Assembly: GCA_964016885.1 (NCBI GenBank)
Contig: OZ024743.1
Span: forward strand, 16,182,001-16,246,000
Direction of reading: 5' to 3'
Length of the DNA stretch: 64,000 bases
Origin: Eledone cirrhosa
Taxonomy: Eukaryota
The notes below the pieces were generated by a model. The model was not told the origin of the DNA and searched no databases. It was given only the letters and a program-made list of their open reading frames with translations. Both the position numbers and the translations under genes were made by a program. The stretch's first letter is position 1; every line of letters begins with the position of its first letter. Below are positions 11,391 to 25,309 of this stretch, one piece after another.

Positions 11391-13018
11391 TATATATATA
11401 ATATATAAATATATATATATATATGAATGCATACATAAATTGTGACTGTAAATAGAAGAGTTGCTTAAAGGATTATTGTGGAGAAAAGATGGTAAATGAT
11501 GGGGAAAATCAAGCAATGGTTGATCAAGGCTAGAAATAAAAGTAATAAAACATTAAAGAGGAGTTGTTATTAAAGGGACAGTACACAATGAGAAGTATAA
11601 AACTGCTGCATATCGATTACATATATAAAAAAAGCCTATTGCTTGGGTTCCACACAGAAGAAAAGCAAAAAATTGATGGTGGCAACTTAAATAAATGTTA
11701 TGCAGATATTCAAAGATCTTATTCACAATGCTACAGATGAGTTGTAAAAATATACACCACTTTGGAGACCATTTAAGTTTAGTGGATATTTCATTAGTGC
11801 CATACACAGAACAAATTTCAGTAGTAACTTACTTATTCAACTCTCAAATTCTATTATATAAATATAGTGTTTCTTTGAGCCTATGAAGGAACATCAATGT
11901 TGTCAGTTAACCTGCCAGAAGTAGCAGTCAAATACCATTTAAATCTGACTACTATCCTAAAATGGAAGTGTGAATGATGCGGTTGCAGGCACAATAGGAT
12001 GGAACAATATAATCATAGGTGTGCTTAATCAGAGTTGATATGGGACAAACAACAAAAACTACAGTGTCTGTTATTTTCAGTTGTCTTCTTTGTTTCTTTG
12101 TTATTAATAGAAAAGTCATTGCATATGAGGCAATAAGGTTATATGATTTCCATTTTTACATGACACACATTTTATTCTATTGTTCCACCTCTGATTGGAG
12201 CTTTCAGTTATACATTCATGGGATATATATGCAAACTTACTACATTTCTTCTTCATTTGACTAAGTTTTATTTTGCTGAGGTAACTTTAGTGTGTAATGA
12301 TTGTAGTGTATAAGTAACTCCTGGACATTGTTCTGATGTCATCTTCTTCACAAATATAAATCTATACTATAACAAAATTGTTAATTTCAAATTTCAAATT
12401 TTTGCTTTTGCCTTCTTAAATTTTTCTTCTCATTCTTGGTTGAATTTCTGTTGATTAGAAATTATTTTTCTCTCATTACATGAAGTGTGTAAACCCAAAC
12501 CTAACTTAAGATAATGCAGAGTTACACTGATTTTATATACTTGTAACTGATCAGTCTTTTGGGAGTAATAGTTACTTTTCAGAAATACTCTCATTAGATG
12601 GTATAAATGTTCATTGTAAACTTCATTTTCAGAGCAGATGTATTTTGCCAAAATCAATTAACATCTGGATTATTACTTATGTGGTCTAATCGATACATAG
12701 ATATAGTGATGACTGCCTTGAAATACTACACCCCTATAATACAGAATGACTGATTTAGAGGGGAAACCACTATAATAACATTCAACTGCTTCAATTCTGT
12801 TAATTACAATACTGCATGATTTTTGTAATCAAAGGAATTTACTTGATATGGAGATTGCTTTGAAATCATGAGGTTCCTTTATGTGACATCTTTGGTAAGT
12901 ATCCTTGAGGTCAATCTAAGCTTTGTGGGTGATGCAGGATAAATGAAATCTCAATGGAATTCCATCAGATTAATTCAAAAGTCTAGGCTTGTTACACTAA
13001 TTCTCTCTTAGGATTATA

Positions 13019-13262
13019 TTAACCATTTAGCATTTATATTGTTCTATATTTACTATTAATTTTTCATGGTAATGGCTTTATCTTACAGACTTATCTCACA
13101 TAATATTGAATCTATGAGATTTTGATATTATTTATTTTAAGAACAATACCTTAAGATAATTATGAGCGGCTGGTTATAGCTGGTTTGAACAGAAAGAAGT
13201 GAGGGTATTCCTTCCGGATGTGGCCAAATGCTATGGAATACTACAACACTTAAATGCTATTA
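13019..13262 (-). mobile_element. piggyBac-like MITE copy
   Basis: Starts ttaa-ccatttagcat; reverse-complement match to 17669-17894. Confidence 0.7.
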
Positions 13263-14084
13263 GAATGAGGTGGTAGATTAGTTGATCAAACAACTGAATA
13301 CTTGTTGGCAAAGCCAACAGAGTTCCATCTATGTTAATTTACACTCAAGTGCCTTGCCCTCCAGTCCTTAAGTATTTACAGATAGTTACAACTCCATATA
13401 ACATGGTAAACATTGAAGGTTGTTTCAGTGTCATGCAATGTTTTATTCAACTACCCTCATAAGTAATGACATGTCAATGACAGGATTTATCACAATTGAT
13501 TTAGTCTTAACATACAAGCTCCTATCAAATTATCTGTTAAATAACTGCCACTTTAGAATATATATATATATGCATACACAAAAACATACAGACATGCATG
13601 CTTACACACAACCATATTATTTTAACCATTTTTTATTTTGCTGACTTCAGTCATTAGACAGTAGCCATTTTGTGTTATCAACTTAAAATTGATTATATTG
13701 GCCCCAGTATATATTCTATCGATTTTGATTTGTCAAACTGCTAAATTATATGACATTAAAGCAGACAAAGACACAAATAACCAGACAGCCATGTCACACA
13801 TCCATATTTATTCTATTATAAAATTCGTAAACTTTTATTCTGAATGTTATTAATAATTTTGAGTTCAATCCTATATTATGAATAGGTATACATGTAAAAA
13901 TATATCAGATGCAAATAAAAATGTATATAATAATCAACATATATTATAACTGCATAGGATAATGTGGATAGTCTAATAAATTCTATGAAATTAAGGGTTA
14001 TTAGCCTAATTTCTGTCTACTACATCAGAAATGTATACGAAAAGGAAAAGAAAAAATGTATACACACAAACACAGACACATATA

Positions 14085-14094
14085 CATAGACACA

Positions 14095-14162
<68 letters not shown>
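14085..14162. repeat. (CA)n(TA)n compound microsatellite
   Basis: Direct reading. Confidence 0.95.
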
Positions 14163-14165
<3 letters not shown>

Positions 14166-15774
14166 TAGTATGGAGCAGCCAATATTGATGAATGGAAACT
14201 AATGAATGTGCATCATTGGGGAAATAATATGAATGAATTATGAATGGAAATAACTGACTTGAAATTGCTGTGTTGCAAATGATAAACACAGAGCAAAATA
14301 AAATGTTTTTGTTTGATACATTTTTGATGCATTTTTTTGTGTGTGTAAATGTTACACACCCACTCAGATATAATTGCCCTAATATTGCTGAGTCAGGTCT
14401 TTTAATATCAACATTCTCAAATCCAGATTTACCACCTGCCCATGTCTACTTTGGTGTTTCATTTTTATAAGTGTGCATTTCCCTTTCCCTTGTCAACACA
14501 GGAATTTGGTTTCATTTCTGGCAAGCATCATTTATTTTTCTGCATACCCAACCTGTCATAGATGCACATTAAACAATATATGTGATCGAACATTTAAGAA
14601 AACAAGAGCCAAGAAATCCCAGAGGAAAAGATCTACAGTCGACATAGGCCCAGGATGACCTGGGCAGAGAATTTGAGAGCTGATCTTAAATTGATGAATT
14701 AACATTTACCTGGCAGCAAACAGCAAACACTTCAATGGTGACAAGGATGAGATCAAAGGCAAGATCTGTTCCAACAACAGTGGAATAATTTTGAACTTCA
14801 TTGAAATGTTGACACAGATAATGGGCTTTCAATAACCAACAGTAAATTCCAGCGACAGAAGTGATTTTGAATTCAATCTGAGTTCATATTCAATCAAGTG
14901 AGTGGCTTTACATATTACTGTTGGTTTAAAATTACAAAGAGATCATTAACATTGGAAACAGTCGATGGTACCCAAAACGTTTGAATGCTACTGCAGATAT
15001 TGTGTATTGCCTAATATGATTGTTACATGCTTTCTTAAATATTTGTCACACATATATCACTTTACAATATATGGTACCAATGCTTCAAATTAGCTAATAA
15101 CTCGCACAAGTTTTAATGTCCAGAGTGAACCTCATATAGGGATTTTAATATGATGAATTCATCAATTTGCATGAATAATAATTAATAGAAATTACTTTGG
15201 TTGATAAATTACTGATGGTTCAGCTGTGTTTTGTTTTACTGCTGAATGTGTCTTAGAGAATGACTCTCAGATATGAAACCAATATGGATTAAATACACTG
15301 GCTAATAACAAACAGCTGTTCCACGAATTGAATTTAGGTGCCCAGTTTTGGCTGAATTGAAAACACTGCTCAGATATCAATAATTTATATATAGACACTG
15401 GAGAGTATGTCATAGGTATACAAGACCTAAAGGTAAGATAAGTTACACAATATTTTGTCTTGTAATAAACTAAGGAACAGTTAAACTGTTCAAGCCTATA
15501 TCTGTTGACTCCATACTCAGAAGCCTGAAGAGATTTTGAATTTATCAATGTAAGTTAATAAAATACTTACCAAATGACCTGTTTGGTTTTATAGCAGTGC
15601 AATATAACTCATGATATCTATTTATATATAATTATCTCAATTCTATGCCCCAAATGAAAACTATGGGTACATAAAAGATGTAGTGGGATCACAGGTAAGC
15701 TATCTAAGAATGTAAATTTTATATGTGGCCAATGCTTAGTAAGATGCAGTAAGTAAGACGTTTCTATAGAAATA

Positions 15775-16673
15775 GCAGGCACCTTCCATTACCTGGGTGA
15801 CAAAATCAGCAGTGGAGGAGGGTGCTCTGAAAGTGTAGTAGCCAGAATTAGTACAGGATGGAAAAAGTTCAGAGGGCTAATACCGCTGTTGAACACAAGG
15901 GGTTTTTCTCTAAAAGTGAAAGGCAGATTGTATGATGCTTGTATACAAACAGTGATATTACATGGTAGTGAGACCTGGGTGTTATGTACTGAAGATTTGC
16001 ATAGATTAGAAAGAAATGATGCTCGCATGCTCCAATGGATGTGTAATAGTAATGTGTGCGAATGGCAAAGCAAAACAAATTGAGAAAGAGACTAAGCATA
16101 AGAGGTATCAAATGTTGTGTTCTGGAGAGGAGATTGCATTGGTATGGCCATGTGATGCATATGAAGGACAGCTGTATAAAAAAGTGCAGAGCAATGAAAA
16201 TAGATGGAAGCTACGGAGTGGGTAGACCAAGAAAAACCTGGGATGAGGTGATAAAAACTGACCTTGCTCACTTACACCTTTCTAAGACAAAGTCACTGGG
16301 TCAAGATCTTTGGCACCATGCAGTTGTATAGAAGAACCACTTATTCTTGCATACAAACATACAGTCAGTAGGCACCGCTTAACCCATTATACACACCCTA
16401 CCCCATCCTCCCATTTCTGTCCACTGTGTCGATGGCATAACAAAAAGCACCCAGTCCACACTGTAAGGTGGTTGTGTAGGAGACAATAAAAAGGCTCCCA
16501 GTCCACACTATAAATGTGTTGGGTGTTAGGAAGGCCGTAAAAATCTTGCCTGAGACAATTCCGCATGAGCAAGACACGGTCTCCTGAACATTCCCACATG
16601 AAATGGAACAAAACCGGCTAACCCATGCTAGCGTGGAAGGTGGATGTGACATGATGATGATGATGATGATGAT
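15775..16673 (+). mobile_element. RTE-clade LINE 3' fragment
   Basis: F.YLGD..GGGCSE..RI..GWKKFR..KGRLYDAC..HGSETW..RRLHWYGHV..GRPRKTW; 3'UTR with taggaagg motif and (GAT)n tail. Confidence 0.92.
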
Positions 16674-17668
16674 AAATATCTCCCTTGCTTTTCTTGGTGA
16701 TTAGTATCATTCTTATTGATATTTTCTTTTCAATACATTTTGGATAATTACATTTAGTATGCTATAGCCCATATAATTTATGTGTCCTGTCTGCAGATGT
16801 AACAGAATACTGGAAGCAGGATTTAAACTACAGGAACTCTGGTCAGTAGTCTGGCACCATATTTGGTTACAATTCTAAGTTTGACAGCTTCCCTTCAGTA
16901 TCATCATGGAAAAAATGTAAAAAAAAAATTAAAACACAAGAGGATGGTATCATGAATGTATAATCCAATCTCGTATTACTTACTAAAAACCTCAAACAAC
17001 AATCTTATTTCTGTTGAGGTTTTATTTTGCTTTAAGACTGAAATTTATAGTTTCAACAATTATCTCTCCCATACCCAACATTTGCAAATTTTTAGCTCAG
17101 ATGATTTTTCCAATATATATTACCAATAAACTAATAAATCATATATCATAATCCTCTTATTATATTTTCATCCCTTTTGAAGATGAGCAACACTTCTTAA
17201 AGTATATCAGCAATGGAGGATATTGATGTATGGATGATTTGCCTTCTCAAATATGTGGCAGTATTTCATTATTTTGTCTCACATGGTATACCTACTACTA
17301 CAATGGAAACTCTGCTGTCTATTTGTGGTTAGATAGTTTCTCTTGTGAACTTAAATTCAGTTAAAAGACTGTGTGCCAGCCAGCCACTCTCAATCTCTTT
17401 TCCCCAATTTCCTTAACCAATGACAATCGAAATTTTCAGTTTCCTAAAACTTCACCTGGTCAAGTTAATTTGATATTAAACTAGAGTTCGATAGTTGACT
17501 GTTTGAATTCTAGCAGATGTGCTGTAATGACAGTCTACCAGATTCCAAATAAGATCTATATGGTTTTACTAAAAGAGTGTCGTAAACCAATTAATATAAG
17601 TAAAATTGATTTCTTGTAATTAGGCACAATGCTATGAAGCGTTATGTACAGTAGGGTATATAGTTAGT

Positions 17669-17894
17669 TTAAACCTTTAGCATATAAAGTAGCCATGTCT
17701 GGTCAGAATTCTCTCACCTCTTTCTGTTCAAACCAACCATAACTGGCCGCTCATTCAGATGTTAAGGTATTATTCCCAAAATAAATATCAAAATCTCATA
17801 AATTCGATATTATATGAGATAATTATGTGAGATAAAGCCTTTACCACGAACATATAATCGTAAATATAGAGTAATGCGAATGCTAAAAGGTAAA
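17669..17894 (+). mobile_element. piggyBac-like MITE (~225 bp)
   Basis: TIR-like ends ttaa-acctttagcat ... atgctaaaagg-taaa; three copies in the window plus a solo end aaatgctaaaggg-ttaa at 38905-38921. Confidence 0.72.
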
Positions 17895-18819
17895 TAAGTC
17901 CAGTGTAGAAAAAGAAAAATACCTATTTTATTTTAAAGAAAACAAGATTTTACATTTATGCATTTAATCTATTATTTAGTAATATCTTTCAATTCTTGGT
18001 TCAAGATTGGCATAACATTTGATAAAGGGTATCGTTATATAATTGAGCATTTAGAATACTGTAACATGTTTGAATAATACCAAAATAAATTTGTTATTCA
18101 AAATATTTTTATATTTAAAAAAATGAAAACATTCCACATTATGAACGATTGGTACATACATTTTTTTTTTAAAGTTTTTTTTTATGGTTTAGCCTGAAGG
18201 AAGGTGCTGTACATATGGTTTTTACAGACTTTCTAAATCTGAATACATTAATATTCTTTGCAACAACTAGAGAAGAAAATATGCTGAGAGTCAATTCCAG
18301 AACGAGTGATATTCTGGGGAAGAAAATTGAGGAAGGTGGTTAATGCAGGGCTTAAGCATGAAAGGAACAATACTGGTTTTGAGAGAAATGGAGGTAAGTC
18401 GGTTACATGGAGATGAATGGCTGCACCAGGCAGATATAATGAACAGAGACCATTGTTGTAGTAGTAGTAGTAGTAGTAGTAGAGTGAGAAAACAGCACCC
18501 CTGTGGGTTTAATGTTGCAAGATACTGGTGAATGACACTCTATGCCAAAGAGTAAGGTAAACTCTTTTTATGCAAGCTTAGATATTTGTATGTATAACAA
18601 CAGTACTGTCCCAGAATTAGTAACATTTCTGGACATCCAAGAAATAGCAGCTATATTTGTTCGAATGACACCTGTAATTATAGATCTGAACAACTATGGC
18701 TTACTTTAGATTAAACAACTATATAAACAAAAGAGTACTTATAATTACATGGGCCATCACTAACTGACCAATTCTTACACATGTTCTTTTGTGCTACATA
18801 GGCAATATACCGTAATCTA

Positions 18820-18955
18820 AATAACAAGAGAGCATCGATGTGGTCAATTGATCTGCTAGAAATAGCAGCTACTCCTTTTAAATTCAACTTCCTGTTGCTT
18901 TGAATGAGAAAAAAACACATTGACGGACATTTGAATGCAAGATAGATAGTCAAAA
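18820..18955 (+). repeat. Copy of an old unclassified dispersed repeat (ctgctagaaatagcagc family)
   Basis: Related segments at ~7285-7570, 7930-8080, 8870-9060, 11900-12055, 43360-43410 (-) and 43870-44040. Confidence 0.5.
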
Positions 18956-19029
18956 TAGTGAAGTATTTATTTATGTTTGCACCATTAGAACTGTTCTGGA
19001 ACTAAACCACAACTTATATCTAATAAACT

Positions 19030-19406
19030 TTTTTTCAAGTACCACTTTAGAAGAAGGATCAGAATGGAGAGAGAGGTGCTCTACCCCAGCAAGTTTTATG
19101 AAAGTTGGGTGAAAGTGGCGAGAATGGCCCGAGTGAATGGGCCTTCTCTCTATATCAGCCTGTAGGTGAGAGAGAAGAAGAAGGAGAGGAGGAACGGAGC
19201 ACCCGCTCTTTGTGCTCCTGAAGAGGAGGGTTGCACATTTTTTTCGGGGGTGTGTGCGACCCACGTCAATGCCTTCTCCCTATTGAGGACATTGATTGTT
19301 AAATTTAATTTGTTATATGTGTATTACACGTCTTTTTAAATGTATGTAATCTCCCCCCTTTGTATTTGTCCCAATCTTTGATGCCCTGGTGGCAAATAAA
19401 TAGAAA
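19030..19406 (+). mobile_element. Tx1/L1-clade 3' end fragment
   Basis: Homologous to 58575-58950 (gagagaggtgctct..agaatggcccgagtgaatgggccttctct); aataaa near the end. Confidence 0.85.
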
Positions 19407-19695
19407 TTTATATCTAATAAACTTAAAAAATTAGTAAGTCCCATGAAACAAAACAATGCTTCACTAGTACACTTTGATTTTATATCTATTTGGTACGTTG
19501 CAAATTTTAGTTTATACTCTACAAAGTTTGTCTTTGATCCCCTTAATAAGATTAGAAAAAGCTTGACATTGGTTAATTGGCTTTGAATTCCCGGACGTTT
19601 TTGGAAAAAACAATTATTTCTATTTCTAAGCAATGGATATACAAATGAAGTACTCAGCATCTCGGCTGTACTGGAAGAGTTTTAGCAGTAATAAT

Positions 19696-19869
19696 TGTTT
19701 CTACTTTTGGCAAAAGACGAGCAATTATCACAGTGTATTACTGGTACTTTATTTTAGCAACCCTGTAAGGATGAAAGGCAAAGTTAACCTCAGTGGGATT
19801 TGAACTCAGATCATAAAGGGGTGTAACTCTATGCAGCAAAGCATGGCATCCGACAGATACTGCCAATCC
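19696..19869 (-). mobile_element. SINE family A
   Basis: Reverse match to 5792-5978; 11-bp TSD gcagtaataat. Confidence 0.9.
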
Positions 19870-21444
19870 GCAGTAATAATATAATACACATAATATACGC
19901 CTCAGAGATAGGAAATATAGATCGAAAATTTCAGGGAGTATTACTCTGCTTTGTAACATTTAAATTATATGAATCAGGACTGATGAATGGGATAACCTTG
20001 ATATAATGAATTAATTACTAAATGTAGAAGATATATGAAAAGTAAGTTAGTCATATGTTGTGTAGAATCTGTTAAATACGATCAATTAATGTGCATAAAA
20101 AACTGAACCCAAGTAAGATGAAAAGCATTAGCTAAAGTAGCAGTAGTGAATATAATGCTACAAGTATATAATACAAAAAGATAATGCCTAGGTGAAATAA
20201 TACCTTTGCTGATATAAGAAATGTTTGCAGCAAAGGAAGATCAAAGTAAACTCATGAAGACATGGAGAGATTAGTTCTGAGGATAGTCAGCTCAGATACG
20301 AGATGATGGTTGATTATGGAAAATTACAACATACCAAAGACTTGTATCTCTAAAGCTAGTATGAAAACATAGAGGATATGATAATGATGATGATAATAAT
20401 GATGATTTGAGAATTCTTGATAAAAATATAACGGTTCTTTAGCAGTAAACTGTTACATTCTTTTGATACAATTTTCTGTGTCCATTTTACACTTAGGAAT
20501 AAGAATTCTGATTCATGTCTTATTTCTTTTTTTATAAATGAAGAACAGTGTAAAGAAAATGAAATGAAATTGAAATTTCAACATGAATCAAATTCCCAAA
20601 AGAGGAAATAAAAAAATTGCAACACATTTTTTAATCAATTTTTCTCAGTTGATGAAAATGTTTCAGTTTTATCAATGCAAAAACTCAAATCACAAATATT
20701 TAAAAAATAAAAGAAACAGAAAAAATGCGATAGAAGAAAAAAAATAAAATCTTGAAAAATTACTTGAATCGAAATTATCATCCATGGTAAGTACACTAAT
20801 ATGATGTTAATTATCAGGTCGATAAGGTGTATCACTGTCAATGGAAAAGTCATAAATGTATACAATATGATGGACATCGTAATAGTTTAGAAAAATAAAA
20901 GATAATAGATACAGAGATACGGGAAGAATCCATAGTGAAATGTCAAGTTAAAAGAATATGTTGACATGTTTGAATACAGCTTGTCAGTTTTGTAGACATT
21001 AAGGGACAAAACTAAATGATCAAAAATGCTTTGATTATCATTTCTTCTGCTGTCCTCTAAAATCATGGAAGCATTTTTCTAAAATATAGGGTGAGACTTC
21101 TGCCACAAAATAGTGATGAATAATGCAAAGGCAATCTTTTCACACTAGAAAAATCATATTAAAAACTGATCGTTAACAGAAAAAAATAACAAAGAATGAC
21201 AAAGGATATAAATGGCAACAAGTGGTAATATGCTATAGAGTAACACAATCCAACCTAACAAGAAAAATGCATATTTTATAGTAGCAATAATTACAAGGGA
21301 ATAATCATTAAGAAGTTGCCTGATGTAGCTATTTGACATGCATGCAATTCAACTTAACACTTACAATGGTTAACATAATTTCTTGACACTAGTCATTTCC
21401 ACGAGTAATTTTTTTTAATGTTACAAACCGTGGTGGTGGGTAGG

Positions 21445-21671
21445 AGAGAAGAATGAGTTGATATGGACATGTGAAGAAGTGCCAGGAAATGCCAGTGGAA
21501 GGAAGCTGTACTGCAGTTAGACCAAGAAAGGTGGTGAGAACTGGTGTCATATCACTGAGACTCACAGACGAGATAAATGCTGTGATTGGAGAGTTGCTGT
21601 GCTGAGACGGATACATTCATACCATGTGAGCATGGTAAAACGTACGTAAAAATGATGATGATGATAATGAT
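21445..21671 (+). mobile_element. RTE LINE 3' fragment (second family)
   Basis: YGHV..KCQEMPVEG..RPRK, (GAT)n tail; similar to 41247-41770. Confidence 0.7.
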
Positions 21672-21708
21672 TCTACATAATAACACAAAAGTATTTACAA
21701 AAACAAAA

Positions 21709-21808
21709 ATAATTGTTTCTACTTTAGGCACAAGGCCAGCAAATTATCCAGTGCATTACTGGTACTTTATTTTATCGACCTCGTAAGGATGAAAGGCAAA
21801 GTCAACCT
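21709..21808 (-). mobile_element. 5'-truncated SINE family A
   Basis: aattgtttctactttaggcacaaggccagc..ggatgaaaggcaaagtcaacc. Confidence 0.85.
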
Positions 21809-22107
21809 ATACACACATACAAACACTCACATATGCATACACACAATGTATATCATCATCATTGTTATTTAATCTCCAGTTTCCCTGCAAGCCAGAGCTA
21901 ATTGGATCTTCACAAACTGAGTTAGTGCTGAAGTGGGGCTATTGATCTCCTAGACAGGCCAGGGGTTTGCATTGTGCTTACATATAGTTCCACATATAGT
22001 TATATGCAAAAGGATAAGATATTACTAAGTGGGGCTAGTAAGATAATAATTCAACATATTCTACATTAAGGTACCCTATAAGTCATATTGCTATGACTTA
22101 TAGGGTT

Positions 22108-22325
22108 GTGGATTTGCCAATTGATAGAATGTTGTACAACATACTTTGTGGCATATAATCCAACCCTTTACATTCTGAGTTCAAATCCCACCGACAATTG
22201 ATTTGCTTTTCATCCTTACAGGGTTAATAAAGGAAAGTACCAGTAATGCACTGGGGTCGATTTAATCGATTTGCCCACTTCCCCCAAACTTGCTGACCTT
22301 GTGTCTAAGTGTGAAACCATTATTA
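22108..22325 (+). mobile_element. SINE family A (longer variant)
   Basis: B box ctgagttcaaatccca, core ttttcatccttacaggg, tail ccttgtgtctaagtgtgaaaccattatt. Confidence 0.85.
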
Positions 22326-22869
22326 TGATATATAGGTCCTACAATCATGTTTAAACAATTTCAGTGATGCAATGGTAAATAAAAGTTACATTTCTGCCAT
22401 TGATTATCCCATAGATAGATTAGAATGTACATTGGAGAAAAACAACGATAAATAAAAAGAATAAACATAGAAATAGAACAATCAAAGGAGTCAATCTATG
22501 CTGGGATAAGACTCTGTATAGTGTGATTAAAAGGGTATAATTTAGCGGAGCATAGTATGTTTTGGAAGTTCATTGGTGAAGATTGTGATTTATAGGTCTT
22601 GGTTGTTCACATGCCATAAGTTAATTCATTTGTGTCTGTCTCAGCAGACATTTGTCTGTTTCTTGTGTGTGATTGTTCTAGCTGTTGGAGCTATGTCTGG
22701 TGTCATTATATTTTGATTAATGTTTTTTTTTAATGTATATATATATAGATGTATATTTTTGCAGGGTGTTATTGTGTGTGGTATTGTGTAATACAAAATA
22801 ATAATGAAAATTATTGTGTACAGTGCACAGGTGCAATACAACTAATCAAAAGTGCATATATAGTACATT

Positions 22870-23312
22870 AAAAAATGTACAAAATTCAGAAAAGGGAACA
22901 GTGTATGAGTCGTGATATACACACAGACAAACACACACATGTAGGCGTATGTATGGAGGGGAATACCAGGTGTAGTGTTGGCAAATTTCAGGAAGCCTGC
23001 AAGTTTTGGAAGATGCACTGTCCTGACAACTAAAAACTGATGCAGGTAGTTTGTTCCATGCTTCAGCAACTCTGAGAATGAATAAATGTTTCCAAACTTC
23101 ATGGGAGCTGTACTGTTTTCTGATTTTGTAAATATGTCCATGGGTGTTAGATACATGAAATTCAAAAGGGTGCTTAAGATTGTTGTTGAAACAATGGTTA
23201 ATAAACTTGTGGGTGTCTACCAAGTCAATTACCAGACATTGGCGCTTTAAAGTATCCATGCCCATGGAAGTAAGGCGTTCAGATTATGGTAGAAGCCTGA
23301 TGGAGGTTGTTC
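22870..23312 (-). mobile_element. CR1-clade LINE 3' fragment
   Basis: ORF 22846-23265: THGHIYKI..HLFILRVAEAWNKLP, the CR1 C-terminal TRGH..RV...WN.LP signature. Confidence 0.85.
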
Positions 23313-23466
23313 GTTTGATAATGTAATAACGTATTAATCTGTTGGGTACATAATATATGTTGTAGGACAGGGAATATGTTACTGTTAATTCATTTGCTTG
23401 TGTTGGAGGATGTAATTTTGACAAGTGATGAGGTTTCTGTATTTGTAATTATTTTTTAATCAGTAC

Positions 23467-23650
23467 GCGTGTGGATTGGCAGTATCGGTAGAGGGTCGGA
23501 CGCCATGCTTTGACGCATAGAGTTACGGCCCTTGCCATTCTGAGTTCAAATCCCGCCGAGGTTAACTTTGCCTTTCATCCTTACGGGGTCGCTAAAATAA
23601 AGTACCATAATGCACTGGGTAATTGCTGGCCTTGTGCCAAAAGTATAAAC
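23467..23650 (+). mobile_element. SINE family A
   Basis: Close match to 5792 copy; 20-bp TSD aattattttttaatc(a/g)gtac at 23447-23466 and 23651-23670. Confidence 0.93.
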
Positions 23651-24005
23651 AATTATTTTTTAATCGGTACCAAAACAGAAACACAGAGAAAAATCTGCTG
23701 AGATAGAGACAAATATACATTAGTACAGATGATATATGGATTCGCCAGACACATAAAACAATCTTGACAAGTGATCATCCCCCCAGCTCAAATAAAAACT
23801 TTCACTACCTTCTGCACCTGTCCCTAAAATAATGTTTTTAATCGCAATGATATATCTAATATAAACTTCTCAGGATTTATTCAGTCACTTGAATGTTCCT
23901 TTTACATTTGTATTCATTTTTATTGTAACATTCCTTCTCTCATATATTTCCCCACAACCATTGGAGATATAACTCCACCTACAGGTGGGATGATGAATGC
24001 CACCT

Positions 24006-24170
<165 letters not shown>

Positions 24171-24171
24171 A

Positions 24172-24555
24172 AAGCGAAACCTACAGTCAGTAGGCACTTC
24201 TAACAAAAATATACCCCCCCCCCACTACCCCCCCCCCCCCCCCCCCCCTTAAATGTGAAGTTATGTTGGTACCACAACATCCAGTCCGAAACAAATGAGG
24301 TCGTGTAGGTGTCACGACAAAAAGAAACACACAGCCCACGCTGTAATGTGTCCGTGTAGGTAACACGGTAAAAACCTCCCAGTCCACACTGTAAACGTGG
24401 TTGGTGTTAGGAAGGGCATCCAGCTGTAGAAAACCCGCCAGACTGTCCTATACGAGCAGGACAACCAATCTTGCCTCAAGTGGGAAAACTCCCGTCCAAA
24501 CACATGCAAGCGTGGAAGATGGATGTTAAACGATGTTGATGATGATGATGATGAT
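24172..24555 (+). mobile_element. RTE LINE 3'UTR fragment
   Basis: Poly-C tract, ggttggtgttaggaagggcatccagctgtagaaa, (GAT)n tail; reverse match to 32146-32760. Confidence 0.85.
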
Positions 24556-25170
24556 ATTAGGATTGGTGCTCTGAAATTGCGATATATACACGAATGTATG
24601 TAAAGTATATTTGGCAATATACAGTATGTTTAATTCAAAACATTTAGAAGACCATTTAGAAGACCATATACTATCAGTTTTAAAGTAGTGACTATGTCAC
24701 TTACTTCTTTTCGGCGGAAGAAGTGGAGTACGTGGCACTGATGAACACAAACCAGCGTGAAACAGACTGTCAGCTTCTCTCCCTTCTATCACCGAAAAGA
24801 AGTAAGTGACATAGTCACTACTTTAGAACTGATAACGCATGGTCTTCTAAATGTTTTTAATTAAACATACAGTTTATCGCCAAATATACTACACATACAT
24901 TCATGTATACATCGCTATTTCAGAGCACCAATCCTAATACCTAATTTTTGCTGGACCAGCAATCGCTCTGTAATCGATCCTGATTATTACTGGAATTCTA
25001 TAACAATCCAGCTTCTATAATTTTTGGCGGAATGAACGCCAACCAGCATGAAACAGACTGAAAAAGAAGTAAGCAACATAGTCACTACTTCCCAACTGAT
25101 AGCGCATGGTCTTCTAAATGTCTTAAATTAAACATACAGTATGTTGCCAAATATACTATACATACATTCA
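24555..25170. mobile_element. Second retrozyme-like / pLTR element: inverted plus tandem copies (~290-bp unit) with hammerhead
   Basis: Inverted arms 24555-24728 and 24779-24939; tandem relic 25030-25170 (gaaacagactg at 24759 and 25050). Confidence 0.8.
24734..24775 (+). ncRNA. Minimal type I hammerhead ribozyme
   Basis: ggca-CTGATGA-acac aaacca gcgt-GAAA-cagactg-TC-agct; intact core, GUC triplet, near-palindromic stem III; stems I/II partly mismatched. Confidence 0.7.
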
Positions 25171-25203
25171 CACACACACATATATATACATAAATATATC
25201 ACA

Positions 25204-25218
25204 TATATATATATATAT

Positions 25219-25295
<77 letters not shown>
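25204..25295. repeat. (TA)n(AG)n microsatellite
   Basis: Direct reading. Confidence 0.95.
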
Positions 25296-25299
<4 letters not shown>

Positions 25300-25309
25300 T
25301 CATGCTGCC

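Noticed and set aside
14710-14877. Candidate minus-strand exon ending CAG/gtaaat
   Set aside because: No polypyrimidine tract and no recognisable homology
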